A stretch of DNA of 64,000 nt from positions 32,001 to 96,000 of the forward strand of contig CAVWEH010000005.1 of the NCBI GenBank assembly GCA_963753975.1. Reading direction: 5' to 3'. A program made the position numbers and the translations under genes. Source of the stretch: an uncultured delta proteobacterium (GTDB lineage Bacteria > Desulfobacterota > Syntrophia > Syntrophales > Smithellaceae). Positions 18,979-28,952 of this stretch are shown in pieces (positions within the stretch are counted from its first letter, which is position 1; each line of letters begins with the position of its first letter). Below the pieces are notes generated by a model. The model had not been told where the DNA came from, made no database searches, and saw only the letters and a list, made by a program, of their open reading frames with translations.

Positions 18979-19266
18979 ATGGAAGGATTTGTTGCGCTCT
19001 ATATTTTCATGCTGGCTGCTTTTACGGGCTATGAGGTGATTGCGCGTGTGCCCGTGATTCTGCATACGCCTCTCATGTCCGGCTCGAACTTCGTCCATGG
19101 TGTCGTGCTCGTGGGCGCCATGGTCGCGCTGGGACAAGCAAATACAGTGATTGAACAGGTGATCGGGTTTGTCGCCGTACTCTTCGGTGCGGCCAACGCT
19201 GCGGGCGGCTATGTGGTTACGGAACGCATGCTCGCCATGTTCAAGAGCGGGAAGGACAACAAATGA
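18979..19266 (+). CDS. pntAB: NAD(P) transhydrogenase alpha subunit part 2 (membrane)
   Basis: LHTPLMSGSN and GGYVVTERMLAMF motifs. Confidence 0.93.
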   Translation: MEGFVALYIFMLAAFTGYEVIARVPVILHTPLMSGSNFVHGVVLVGAMVALGQANTVIEQVIGFVAVLFGAANAAGGYVVTERMLAMFKSGKDNK

Positions 19267-20642
19267 GCACGAGCATCCTGATCAATGCAAGCTACTTCGT
19301 TGTCGCGGTCCTCTTCATCCTCGGTCTGAAAAGTATGTCCTCGCCGGTCACAGCCCGGCGAGGTATCCTCTGGGCCGGTGCAGGCATGGTGCTCGCCACG
19401 TTCGTTACATTCGGCTGGCCGGGGATGACCAATTATACGCTGATCGTAATCGCGCTTGCTCTTGGCGGCGGCGCAGCATGGTGGTCGGGCAGGGTGGTAA
19501 AAATGACCGATATGCCGCAGATGGTCGCCATCTACAACGGCATGGGCGGTGGTGCAGCGGCGGCAATCGCCGCCGTCAAACTCACCTGCTGCGAGATGCA
19601 CAGCACCGCGGTTGTTACCTTGGCTGTTCTGGGGGCAATCATGGGGACTGTATCCTTTTCCGGCTCCTTTATCGCCTTTGCCAAGCTGCAAGGTATCATG
19701 AATAGGACGTATCGCCTGCCGACGCAGAATATTGTGAACATTATTCTGAATGTGTTAACGTTCCTCGTGAGCATCGCGATCGTGACCTCTGCCCACCCCG
19801 CCCCGATTCTGATTGTCGCTCTCTTTGTGCTCTCGCTTACGCTGGGTATAATCATCACCATGCCCATCGGGGGCGCCGACATGCCCGTCATGATCTCGCT
19901 TTTTAACGCGACCACCGGCCTCGCCGTGGGCTTTGAAGGCTTCGTCCTCGCCAATCCCGCGCTTATCATTGCCGGCATTGTAGTGGGTTCGGCAGGCACC
20001 TTGCTCACGCAACGCATGGCAAAAGCTATGAACCGGTCGCTGACAAGTATTCTGTTCAACCCGATCACCGGCGAGGCGCAAACAGGCGGCGGGGGCATCG
20101 TCGGCACGATGAAAGAAGCGACCGCCATGGATGCCGCTGCCATGATGCGTTATGCACGTAAAGTTATTGTCGTGCCCGGTTACGGAATGGCTGTGGCCCA
20201 GGCCCAGCACAAGGTATGGGAGATGGCAGAACTCCTGGAAGAGTTGGGAGTGGAGGTCAAGTTTGCCATTCATCCCGTGGCGGGCCGTATGCCCGGCCAC
20301 ATGAACGTACTGCTCGCGGAAGCGGGCGTACCGTATGAAAAGATATTCGATCTCGATCAGATAAACGCGGAATTCCCGCAGACGGACGTGGCGCTGGTGA
20401 TCGGCGCGAACGATGTTGTGAACCCGGTTGCGCGCACGGACAAGTCCAGCCCCATTTACGGCATGCCCATCCTGGATGCTGATAAGGCCCGGAACGTTAT
20501 TGTTATTAAGCGCGGCAAGGGCGCAGGATATTCCGGCATCGAGAATGCTCTCTTCTATGCAGAGAATACGCGTATGCTCTATGGTAGTGCACAGCAGGCC
20601 GTAAGTTCGGTGATCCAGTATATTAAGGAAATGGCATCGTGA
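19263..20642 (+). CDS. pntB: NAD(P) transhydrogenase beta subunit
   Basis: PGYGMAVAQAQH, IHPVAGRMPGHMNVLLAEA and GANDVVNP motifs. Confidence 0.95.
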   Translation: MSTSILINASYFVVAVLFILGLKSMSSPVTARRGILWAGAGMVLATFVTFGWPGMTNYTLIVIALALGGGAAWWSGRVVKMTDMPQMVAIYNGMGGGAAAAIAAVKLTCCEMHSTAVVTLAVLGAIMGTVSFSGSFIAFAKLQGIMNRTYRLPTQNIVNIILNVLTFLVSIAIVTSAHPAPILIVALFVLSLTLGIIITMPIGGADMPVMISLFNATTGLAVGFEGFVLANPALIIAGIVVGSAGTLLTQRMAKAMNRSLTSILFNPITGEAQTGGGGIVGTMKEATAMDAAAMMRYARKVIVVPGYGMAVAQAQHKVWEMAELLEELGVEVKFAIHPVAGRMPGHMNVLLAEAGVPYEKIFDLDQINAEFPQTDVALVIGANDVVNPVARTDKSSPIYGMPILDADKARNVIVIKRGKGAGYSGIENALFYAENTRMLYGSAQQAVSSVIQYIKEMAS

Positions 20643-20682
20643 TGAAATATCCCTGGCCAGATACAAGCATGAATATTACCTT

Positions 20683-21072
20683 TTATTTGACAATTTTCAA
20701 CCGGATCCGTTCCTGATATTCCATAATCTCATTTCTCAAAATATTGAGATCGGCAATGCGATCATCAAGCCTTTTCAGGTGATTGCCCAAAAGTTCGAGT
20801 AAGCGTTTGAGCACTTTTTCATTCGATTTCTCGATTGTCCACATTGCTTCGAGTTCCTGCATTTCCGAAAGCGTCATACCCATAATTTTCAGTCTTTTGA
20901 TCAGTTTCAGGCGGCGCAGATCAACATCGGTATAAACCCGGCGGCCCCCTTCCACGCGCTTGATGGAATTGAGCAGTCCGATTTCTTCGTAGTAGCGTAT
21001 CGTCCGCTGGCTCATCTCCAGCTTTTCAGCCAGCTCTCCAATGCTGCGTTCCGTCTCCATAGGTTTCTTCAT
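20683..21072 (-). CDS. MerR-family transcriptional regulator
   Basis: SIGELA...RTIRYYEEIGLL...RRVY HTH motif. Start placed at ATG 21072. Confidence 0.9.
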   Translation of the reverse strand: MKKPMETERSIGELAEKLEMSQRTIRYYEEIGLLNSIKRVEGGRRVYTDVDLRRLKLIKRLKIMGMTLSEMQELEAMWTIEKSNEKVLKRLLELLGNHLKRLDDRIADLNILRNEIMEYQERIRLKIVK

Positions 21073-21088
21073 GGTCGCCTCGCGATGC

Positions 21089-22729
21089 TTATACAGAATA
21101 TTTTTGGGCAAAGGTTTCCTTCATTTTATATTTTTGAATCTTGCCGCTGGCCGTCATCGGAAAAGTATCAACGAACTCCCAATATTTGGGAATCTTGTGC
21201 CGGGCAATCTTACCCTTGCAGAACTCGCTCATCTCTTCGGGTGTGGCTTTCTGCCCATCCTTGAGCTGAAGCGCCGCCAGAACCTGCTCTCCATATTTTT
21301 TATCGGGAATTCCTATCACCTGCACATTGACAACCTTCGGGTGTTTATAAAGAAATTCCTCTATTTCCCGGGGATAGATATTTTCACCGCCGCGGATAAT
21401 CATGTCTTTAATCCGCCCGGTCACTTTGAAATAGCCGTTTTTATCCACTTCGCCCAAATCGCCCGTGTGCAGCCAGCCTTCTTTATCAATGGCCTCCGCC
21501 GTGGCTTCGGGCATCTTGTAATACCCCTTCATCACGCAGGCGCTGCGGGTGACAATCTCACCCTGAATATCGGCAGGTAAATCTTTCCCGCTTTCCGGAT
21601 CGATAATTTTGCCTTCAATATCCGGCAGGAGCCTGCCGACAGTTGCCACCCGCAACTCCACCGGATCGTCGCGCCGCGTCATCGTCATAACTGGAGCCGA
21701 CTCTGTCTGGCCAAAAGCAATTACAATTTCTTCACAGTGCATCTTCGTTCTGACTTGATTCATGGTTTCTTCGGGGCATGGCGCTCCGGCCATAATGCCT
21801 GTCCGCAGAGACTGCAAATCGTAGAGATTAAAATCGGGATGATTCAACATTGCCACAAACATCGTCGGCACTCCGTTTACCGCCGTGCAGCGCTCCGCGG
21901 CAATTGACTGAAGAGCTTTGGCGGGATCGAAGAATTCCAAAACAACCATAGTCGAGCCGTGATACACACAATTCATCGTGCTCATCACACAGCCGAAGCA
22001 ATGAAACAACGGCACCGGAATCAGAAGAGAGTCTTTTTCGGTCATACCCATTACATCCCCGACCATGCGGCCGTTGTTGACAACATTGTGGTGAGTCAGC
22101 ATGACACCTTTGGGGAAACCGGTCGTCCCCGACGTATACTGCATATTGATGACATCGTGATCATCAAGAGATTTCATCCGGTCATCCAATTCCTGATCCG
22201 TGATATTTTTCCCCTTGTTAATCAAATCGGCAAACCGGAACATCCCGGGCGTGTTTTCTCTCGGGCCGATAAAAATGACGGTTTTCATCAAGGGAAGTTT
22301 TGCTGAAACCAGACGTCCCGGTTTACAGGCATCCAATTCCGGAACGATACGCCGGACAGTTTCATAAAAGCTCGTGTCCCGGTAAGATTCCATAAGAAAG
22401 AGCGCTTTCGAATCGGATTGTTTCAGGATGTACTCCAATTCATGGGATTGATAACTGGTATTGACCGTCACCAGAACCCCGCCGATCATTCCCAGGGAAA
22501 ATTGCAAATAGATCCACTCCGGAATATTAGTCGTCCATACGGACACATTGTCCCCCCTTTTGATGCCCATAGCCATAAGCCCTTTGGCAATGGCTTTGCA
22601 GTTATCATAAAAATCATGATAATTTTGCCGGACACCGAATTCGGGATGGATAAGGGCGAGATTTTTCGGATAGCGCACTGCCGTTTCCCGGATTACCTGG
22701 CCGATTGTTTTATGGACAAAGCCGGACAT
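21089..22729 (-). CDS. AMP-binding acyl-CoA synthetase
   Basis: YTSGTTGFPKG, FGQTE, GWLHTGDLG, GRIKDMIIRGGENIYP and TASGKIQK motifs. Confidence 0.92.
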   Translation of the reverse strand: MSGFVHKTIGQVIRETAVRYPKNLALIHPEFGVRQNYHDFYDNCKAIAKGLMAMGIKRGDNVSVWTTNIPEWIYLQFSLGMIGGVLVTVNTSYQSHELEYILKQSDSKALFLMESYRDTSFYETVRRIVPELDACKPGRLVSAKLPLMKTVIFIGPRENTPGMFRFADLINKGKNITDQELDDRMKSLDDHDVINMQYTSGTTGFPKGVMLTHHNVVNNGRMVGDVMGMTEKDSLLIPVPLFHCFGCVMSTMNCVYHGSTMVVLEFFDPAKALQSIAAERCTAVNGVPTMFVAMLNHPDFNLYDLQSLRTGIMAGAPCPEETMNQVRTKMHCEEIVIAFGQTESAPVMTMTRRDDPVELRVATVGRLLPDIEGKIIDPESGKDLPADIQGEIVTRSACVMKGYYKMPEATAEAIDKEGWLHTGDLGEVDKNGYFKVTGRIKDMIIRGGENIYPREIEEFLYKHPKVVNVQVIGIPDKKYGEQVLAALQLKDGQKATPEEMSEFCKGKIARHKIPKYWEFVDTFPMTASGKIQKYKMKETFAQKYSV

Positions 22730-22995
22730 AAAATACCCCCTTATTTATTGGATATCGGCAACGTATTGCCACTTAACGTAAACTGGGTTGAGTATAATGG
22801 AATTTACGAATCTGTCAAGAAATATTAGCCAGTTAATGCCGCCAACCGGTTTGCTTTCTTTGTAAACAAAACTATCTGCAGAAAAAAAGATTCTAATTAT
22901 TTTACGATTTTAACTATATATGATAAGTTAATTATACATTTGATAAGATGAGTATGAGGGATATTATGTGGATCAATATAAACAATGTTTGGCCA

Positions 22996-23394
22996 ATGAG
23001 AGCGAAAAGTATATTATTTTTCTTCTTGCTCCTTTTTCTCGGTATTCTTGGCTCGTGTTCATTAAAGCCTGCTATCGTTTCTCCGGAGGGAACATGGGAC
23101 TATCCCGGGGGTGCCACTGAGCCGATGTCTATGGTTTTTCATTCGGACGGTAAACTTACTTTTGTCGGCGGTTTTAAAAAGTTCGAGCCGGCGACATGGC
23201 ACTATGATAAAAAGACGCAGATTTTGCAGATAAAGGTTTCGAATTACGATAAAGCCGATAACAAATGCGGCGAATATGACGATGAACAATATTCCTGCTT
23301 GCTTTATATTAGCAGTACGGACTCCTTCGGATGCCAATTGACCTCCAAGACCAAGAGCCTCAGTTTTTTAGGGTGGAATTTTTTGCGAAAGTAG
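22996..23394 (+). CDS. Hypothetical lipoprotein
   Basis: Signal peptide ending LGILGSC. Start is uncertain (22948, 22966 or 22996). Confidence 0.65.
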   Translation: MRAKSILFFFLLLFLGILGSCSLKPAIVSPEGTWDYPGGATEPMSMVFHSDGKLTFVGGFKKFEPATWHYDKKTQILQIKVSNYDKADNKCGEYDDEQYSCLLYISSTDSFGCQLTSKTKSLSFLGWNFLRK

Positions 23395-23449
23395 TTGCGC
23401 GTAAAGATCGTTAAGAAGCCTCAGTAAATTTTTGTCATTCAAGGAGGAA

Positions 23450-24241
23450 ATGATGATTGATCAAAATCTTATTGAGAACATAAAACGATACGGATCATTC
23501 AAGGACACAGGCGAAGGCAGAATCAAAATAATAAAAGATATTGGTTTCCGGATGGACCAGAAGGCTGAATACGCCGTTATCAGCGGGTGCGTTCAGCCCG
23601 AGGCTATGCCTCAAGCCTTCAAGGCTTTATATAATCTTTTGGAAAACCTCAAGATTGATTATACTTTACTTTCCAAAGAATTCTGCTGCGGATGGCTGCC
23701 GATGGGCCAGACTGCCGTTATCACCAAGAACGATCCAGACATTGTTCAATTCAGAGAGATTTCCAGGGGCTTCATCGCGGAAAATTTCCGACAAGCGGAG
23801 ACGCTGGGAGTTCAGTCAATTGTTTTATTCTGTTCAGCTTGTGAACCTAATTACAGCAATTATAAAAAAGATACAAAATTGAATGTTCTGCACTACACTG
23901 AATTATTAAACAGATATTTCCAAGGCGGCAAATTGAACACTGAAGTTGATTACTATGCCGGATGTTACCGCTTCCGACGCAAGATTACAGACGAGAAGCT
24001 CGATGTGGAGCCGGCAGTCAGTCTCTTAAACAAAATCAACTGCCTGAAAGTAAATTATCTCAATAACGATCTATGCTGCAATAAACAGCCTAACTTTGAT
24101 GAGCTTTCTGCTGCTTTAAAAACAAAAAAGCTGATAACTATCTGTACAGGATGCTATCACAGCCTCACTGGGAAGCTAACCGGCAGGAGCGATTACAGCG
24201 TCGAAATGTTACCTCAACTATTACTTGAATCTATAAAATGA
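23450..24241 (+). CDS. CCG-domain (HdrB/GlpC-like) Fe-S protein
   Basis: SGC, EFCCG, CSAC, YYAGC, LCC and CTGCY motifs. RBS AAGGAGG. Confidence 0.8.
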   Translation: MMIDQNLIENIKRYGSFKDTGEGRIKIIKDIGFRMDQKAEYAVISGCVQPEAMPQAFKALYNLLENLKIDYTLLSKEFCCGWLPMGQTAVITKNDPDIVQFREISRGFIAENFRQAETLGVQSIVLFCSACEPNYSNYKKDTKLNVLHYTELLNRYFQGGKLNTEVDYYAGCYRFRRKITDEKLDVEPAVSLLNKINCLKVNYLNNDLCCNKQPNFDELSAALKTKKLITICTGCYHSLTGKLTGRSDYSVEMLPQLLLESIK

Positions 24242-24274
24242 TTCAGACAATTTAATGGAGCGTTTTCTATTCGA

Positions 24275-24338
24275 ATGCCAATTGACCTCCAAGACCAAAA
24301 GCCTCAGCTTTTTAGGCTGGAATTTTTTAAGGAAGTAA
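24275..24338 (+). pseudogene. Duplicated 3' end (~20 codons) of the 22996..23394 lipoprotein gene
   Basis: Encodes CQLTSKTKSLSFLGWNFLRK*, identical in amino acids to the end of the upstream gene, with synonymous differences only. Confidence 0.8.
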
Positions 24339-24405
24339 CTATCTTTGCCAGCGTAACAAAAAAAGAGCGCTGTTCTTATTTATCAAGCTAAAGGAAATAA
24401 TAAAA

Positions 24406-25476
24406 ATGCCTATTGCTCAATTACAAATGTTACGCAAAGACGTCCGCGAATTTATGGAGAATTTTCAAAAATTACAAATAGAACTCGCCATACAGTACGC
24501 GATGGAATTTGCGCCGGAAATGATGCAAATTTGGCCAAAGGTTGCGGTAAATAACGAGAAGGCTATGAAACGTCAAGCTACCATCACGGACCTTTGGAAC
24601 GTGCTCAGCAAAGACGAGATGGTTATTATAGCAAAATCATTGCGTCACGTTTTGAACCAGATCACTACCGAGGCGTTGAAAAAAAACCCGCTACCGGCAG
24701 ATATTCGGCTAGAGAAAGTTGATGCGCGAGGAGTGCCCGCTGAATTTCAAACCGCTCCCGGAACAGACGAAGATTGCGTGATGTTGTTCTTTCATGGTGG
24801 CGGCATGGTGGTGGGTTCTATACATGATCACCGCCCTCTCAGCGTCGCGCTTGGAATTGCCACAAACATGCGCGTATTGAGCGTCGATTACAGACTCGCG
24901 CCCGAGTACCCGTTTCCTGCTGGTGTTGAAGACGGCACGGCCGCTTACGAATGGCTGCTGGCGCAAGGGCTCCACCCGAAAAATATTATTATCGCTGGAG
25001 ATTCAGCGGGCGGCACAATAACACTGGCGACAATCCTTAACCTGCGCAAAAAAGATATCCCCTTCCCACGGGGTGCAGTGTGTATATCCCCGGGAGTAGA
25101 TTATACGGTTATACCAGACTCTGCATACACAAATGCGCTGACTGATCCAATGTTAGCCGATGTTGGCTTGTTCTGGTGGATAATCGCCTATTTAGGTGCC
25201 GAGAAACCGACCGATCCGGCCAATCCGCTTGTTTCCCCATTACTCGGCGACTTCCATGGTTTCCCCCCGCTGCTTGTACAGGCTACTTCATCGGAAATTC
25301 TTTTTGAGGGGTGCCAAATGCTGGTGCAAAAGGCGCAAGAGGCAGGTGTTGATGCAACCTTGCAGACATGGGATGGACTGACTCACGTTTGGCACTTATA
25401 CGCTTTGGGTATATTGCCGGAAGCGCAAGAAGCAATTAACAAGATAGGCGATTGGGTGCGAAATCTTTTTGCGTAA
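24406..25476 (+). CDS. Hormone-sensitive-lipase-family esterase
   Basis: HGGG, DYRLAPE, GDSAGG and HVW motifs. Confidence 0.9.
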   Translation: MPIAQLQMLRKDVREFMENFQKLQIELAIQYAMEFAPEMMQIWPKVAVNNEKAMKRQATITDLWNVLSKDEMVIIAKSLRHVLNQITTEALKKNPLPADIRLEKVDARGVPAEFQTAPGTDEDCVMLFFHGGGMVVGSIHDHRPLSVALGIATNMRVLSVDYRLAPEYPFPAGVEDGTAAYEWLLAQGLHPKNIIIAGDSAGGTITLATILNLRKKDIPFPRGAVCISPGVDYTVIPDSAYTNALTDPMLADVGLFWWIIAYLGAEKPTDPANPLVSPLLGDFHGFPPLLVQATSSEILFEGCQMLVQKAQEAGVDATLQTWDGLTHVWHLYALGILPEAQEAINKIGDWVRNLFA

Positions 25477-25609
25477 AAAAATATGGTCTAAAGCCTTAGC
25501 TTTTTATTTTTAAGAAAATGTATGAACTGGATTATGTGGCATCTAAATAGCTTTACCGACAGAACAAAATATTTTTCCGTCACTAACATGATAAAAAGAG
25601 AGGGTGTAT

Positions 25610-26371
25610 ATGAAAGTCTTTCTAAGTTGGTCAGGAGACAGGAGCTTTGAGTTTGCGTCAATTCTTAGTGATTGGATACCGAAAGTAATCCAAGCATGCA
25701 AACCATGGCTTTCAGCAAAAGACATTGATAAAGGTGCAAAGTGGTTCCCTGAAATATCGAAAGAGTTACAAGAATCGAAAGCCGGTATAATATGTTTAAC
25801 TAGTGACAACTTGGATTCTCCGTGGATTCTTTTTGAATCAGGTGCTATTTCAAAAACGGTAGAAAAATCTTTTGTTTGTCCATATCTCTTAGACATCAAA
25901 CCAACAGACATAAAAGGTCCATTATCCCAATTTCAGTCTACGAAAGCCGAGAAAAATGACACCCTTCTTCTAATAAAAACTATCAACAAAATTCTTGGAT
26001 CAGATGCTCTACAAGAAAAACAATTGGAGTCTATTTTTTCAAAATGGTGGCCGGATTTAGAAGCAGATCTTAAGAAAATTCTACCAATAAAAAGCGGCAA
26101 GAAAGAGCAAAGATCTGATAGAGAACTATTGGAGGAGATTCTCGAGGTTGTGCGTTCACTTATTCGTTCTGATTCTGCACAAAATATCTACTCATCAGTT
26201 CTGGCATCATTACTAACGGAGGCATCAGCATCAAGTAATGCAACTCCAGCGACATCAATAAGTAATTATTTAAAAGAATATGTGGACCAATCATCAAAGT
26301 CAAGAGGAGTGGGACTAAGAAATGCCAAATCATTCTTAGATAGCAAAAAAAATGATCCAGGGAATAAATAA
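25610..26371 (+). CDS. TIR-domain protein
   Basis: MKVFLSWSG..S, DIDKGAKW and SPWILFESGA (TIR Glu region). AT-rich. Confidence 0.85.
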   Translation: MKVFLSWSGDRSFEFASILSDWIPKVIQACKPWLSAKDIDKGAKWFPEISKELQESKAGIICLTSDNLDSPWILFESGAISKTVEKSFVCPYLLDIKPTDIKGPLSQFQSTKAEKNDTLLLIKTINKILGSDALQEKQLESIFSKWWPDLEADLKKILPIKSGKKEQRSDRELLEEILEVVRSLIRSDSAQNIYSSVLASLLTEASASSNATPATSISNYLKEYVDQSSKSRGVGLRNAKSFLDSKKNDPGNK

Positions 26372-26388
26372 AAATAGAGAATGTATTA

Positions 26389-26440
26389 AGGCCAGGTCTT
26401 GGGATATAAGATTTGGTCATGATCGAAAAGTGAGGTGAGC
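26389..26440 (+). repeat. Direct repeat, left of methyltransferase gene
   Basis: Shares the 20-nt identical core GATTTGGTCATGATCGAAAA (26410-26429) with 27479-27498. Confidence 0.75.
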
Positions 26441-26501
26441 CACTGTCCATGAAGACCGAACAATAAGACCGGAAGCCATTCTGAAACTCAGCCGACAGTT
26501 C

Positions 26502-27446
26502 ATGGAAAGCCGAATTCTTCTTTCCGCGGCCGAGTTAAATATCTTTTCTCTCCTTGACGGAACGCCGTCAACCGCCGAAGACCTGGCAGGCCGACTGCAT
26601 GCGGACTTGCGGGGACTAACAGTCCTCCTCAATGCACTCACGTCGATGGGCTTGCTCATCAAAAAGGACAACACTTATAAACTCGCCGCCGATTCTGCAC
26701 AGTTCCTCTCCGATAAGAGTTCCCGGTCTCTCCTGCCGATGATCCATCATGCGGCTCACCTCTGGGAGAGCTGGTCCGACCTTACAGCCATTGTTAACGG
26801 ACCGGGATCAGCCGTAACCGCATCATCTTCAGCCCGTGACGCCGATGAACTGCGCTCCTTCATCGGAGCAATGCATGTGGTCGGGATGCCTATGGCGCAA
26901 CAAATTGTGGCGGCTATCCGGCCCGGCAAGGCGAGGAACCTGATCGATGTGGGCGGCGCCTCCGGCACCTACACCATCGCTTTTCTTCAAGCTGTTCCAA
27001 AAATGAAAGCTACGCTCTTCGACAGGCCGGCGGTAATAGAAATAGCACGCGAGCGCGTACTTGAAGCGGGGATGTTCGACCGGGTTCGTCTTGTAGCCGG
27101 AGATTTTTATAAAGATAAACTGCCCGGCGGGCATGATCTGGCGTTACTTTCCGCCATCATCCATCAGAGCAGCCCCGCTCAAAATGTCGAACTGTTCCGG
27201 AAGGTGCTGCGCGCCATCGTTTCCGGCGGGCGGATTATCATCCGCGATCATGTCATGGAATCCAGCCGCACCAAGCCCAAAGAAGGTGCTATCTTCGCCG
27301 TCAACATGCTCGTGAACACAAAAGGGGGCTCTACCTACACCTTCGATGAAATCCGCGATTGGCTCGAGAAGGCAGGCTTCGTGAAAATTCGCCTTCTCAA
27401 AACAGGTAAACACATGGATGCGTTGGTCGAAGCCTTCAAGCGTTAA
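26502..27446 (+). CDS. SAM-dependent O-methyltransferase (dimerisation plus methyltransferase domains); true start possibly 26449 across a frameshift
   Basis: IDVGGASG, GDFY and LLSAIIH motifs, with an N-terminal AAELNIF dimerisation region. Confidence 0.88.
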   Translation: MESRILLSAAELNIFSLLDGTPSTAEDLAGRLHADLRGLTVLLNALTSMGLLIKKDNTYKLAADSAQFLSDKSSRSLLPMIHHAAHLWESWSDLTAIVNGPGSAVTASSSARDADELRSFIGAMHVVGMPMAQQIVAAIRPGKARNLIDVGGASGTYTIAFLQAVPKMKATLFDRPAVIEIARERVLEAGMFDRVRLVAGDFYKDKLPGGHDLALLSAIIHQSSPAQNVELFRKVLRAIVSGGRIIIRDHVMESSRTKPKEGAIFAVNMLVNTKGGSTYTFDEIRDWLEKAGFVKIRLLKTGKHMDALVEAFKR

Positions 27447-27457
27447 TCGGCATATAG

Positions 27458-27509
27458 AGGCAAGTCTTGAAATATAATGATTTGGTCATGATCGAAAACT
27501 AAGGTAAAC
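27458..27509 (+). repeat. Direct repeat, right of methyltransferase gene
   Basis: Matches 26389..26440. Confidence 0.75.
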
Positions 27510-27535
27510 TTGTAAGGCCTTATTAAGGTAAAGAA

Positions 27536-28033
27536 ATGTTAAAATATTGTTTCCCGGTGATAATTATTATCTTCTTTTTGCAAGGCATTGCCATTGCCGA
27601 TTATTACAAATGGGAAGATGAAAATGGTGGAGTTCATATTACGGATTATCCGCCGCCGGCTAAATCAGTTAAAAATGTTCAAGTTCATAAATATGAATCT
27701 GAATCAAGCAATGATCCCGCACCGGCAGAAAAAAAACAACAAGATGCATCTAAGAAAACTCCAGCTAATGAACAAAAGATAGAACAGAGGAAAAATTACG
27801 ATGTCGTCTTATACACTACAAGTTGGTGCCCCTGGTGCAAAAAGGCGCGTGATTTTTTTACATCCCGGAATATTTATTTCACTGATTATGACATTGAAAA
27901 AGATAAGGAAGCCGCTCAAAGGAAAAAACAACTGGATAGCAAGGATGGTGTTCCCTTTGCCATCATTAACGGACAATCGATACATGGATATAATCCGGTT
28001 GAATACGAAAACGCACTCCAAAAAAGCAGGTAG
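27536..28033 (+). CDS. Exported DUF4124-like plus glutaredoxin (NrdH-like) protein
   Basis: Signal peptide, YKWEDENG.VHITD.PP, WCPWC and GVP motifs. Confidence 0.85.
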   Translation: MLKYCFPVIIIIFFLQGIAIADYYKWEDENGGVHITDYPPPAKSVKNVQVHKYESESSNDPAPAEKKQQDASKKTPANEQKIEQRKNYDVVLYTTSWCPWCKKARDFFTSRNIYFTDYDIEKDKEAAQRKKQLDSKDGVPFAIINGQSIHGYNPVEYENALQKSR

Positions 28034-28159
28034 CACAACCGTTCCATTAATTACACTTGGCCACCCCTACATTTATTTAAAAATCATTGATTCTGTTATT
28101 ATTTCAGCATATATAATAAAAACTGTTCAGTGGATAACTTCAAAAAGAGGGATACTAAG

Positions 28160-28696
28160 ATGAAAAGCAAAGGAATATGTTTGATTACAGTGATTGTTAT
28201 AATGATTATTTCTTTTTTATTTTCGGTCTATTCTTTTTCTTATCAAAATGAGCCTGATGGTTTTCGGGGAATTAAATGGGGAAGCAATATAAAAAACTTA
28301 CGAGGCTTGAAGTTAGTCGAAAATCATAAAGATGAAAAATATTATATCCGCAAGGCCGATAAATTAAAAATTGGAGGAGCAGCATTAAAAAGCATTGCCT
28401 ATGGTTTTCATAAAGATAGATTTTATTTTGTATATATCAGGTTTAAGTCAATTATTAATTTTTCCAGCATAAAAGAAACACTCTTTGAACAATACGGGGC
28501 AGGCGTTCAAGATAATAAATCCAAAGAAGAATACGTTTGGCTTGGCGGGGATGTCGATATATCTTTGCAATATAATGATATATCCCAAAAGGGTAAAATA
28601 TATTATTTCTTTAAGCCGATATCGCCAGAAGAAGATAGATATAAATATGAAGACAAAGATAAAAATGAGAAATCAAAAGAAGAAACCGGTGCTTGA
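28160..28696 (+). CDS. Hypothetical exported protein
   Basis: Signal-like N-terminus and EPDGFRGIKWG. RBS GAGG. Confidence 0.7.
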   Translation: MKSKGICLITVIVIMIISFLFSVYSFSYQNEPDGFRGIKWGSNIKNLRGLKLVENHKDEKYYIRKADKLKIGGAALKSIAYGFHKDRFYFVYIRFKSIINFSSIKETLFEQYGAGVQDNKSKEEYVWLGGDVDISLQYNDISQKGKIYYFFKPISPEEDRYKYEDKDKNEKSKEETGA

Positions 28697-28726
28697 TAAA
28701 ATTTGATCGCTGGCGAAAATTGAGAC

Positions 28727-28825
28727 GAGATCAAATTCATTCTTGCAGAGGGCACCAGGATCACATTTGGATCTGCCGAACCCGTATTGTAATCTTTCTA
28801 CCAATAACCATCAGTACAACACCTC
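28727..28825 (+). repeat. Degenerate ~100-nt direct repeat, left of PAS kinase
   Basis: Aligns with 32296..32395 (shared ATTCTTGC, CACATT, CGTATTGTAAT, TTTCTA and CAATAA blocks). Confidence 0.7.
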
Positions 28826-28952
28826 ACATTTTATGGTCAATATTTAATTGACATACAATGAACGTTTCCCCTATACTATCTTGCCGGAAAAAAAGTTCTT
28901 ATTGATTCAATTTATCAATGCAAATTTAACCGTAAGTAGCTGTGGTTAACCG

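Noticed and set aside
19532..20666. Long antisense ORFs over pntB (likewise 36204..37127 over aor and 51753..52448 over rarA)
   Set aside because: Shadow frames of well-conserved genes with no recognisable motifs.
23330..24338. Diversity-generating retroelement TR/VR pair
   Set aside because: Differences are synonymous and not restricted to adenines, and no reverse transcriptase is in the window.
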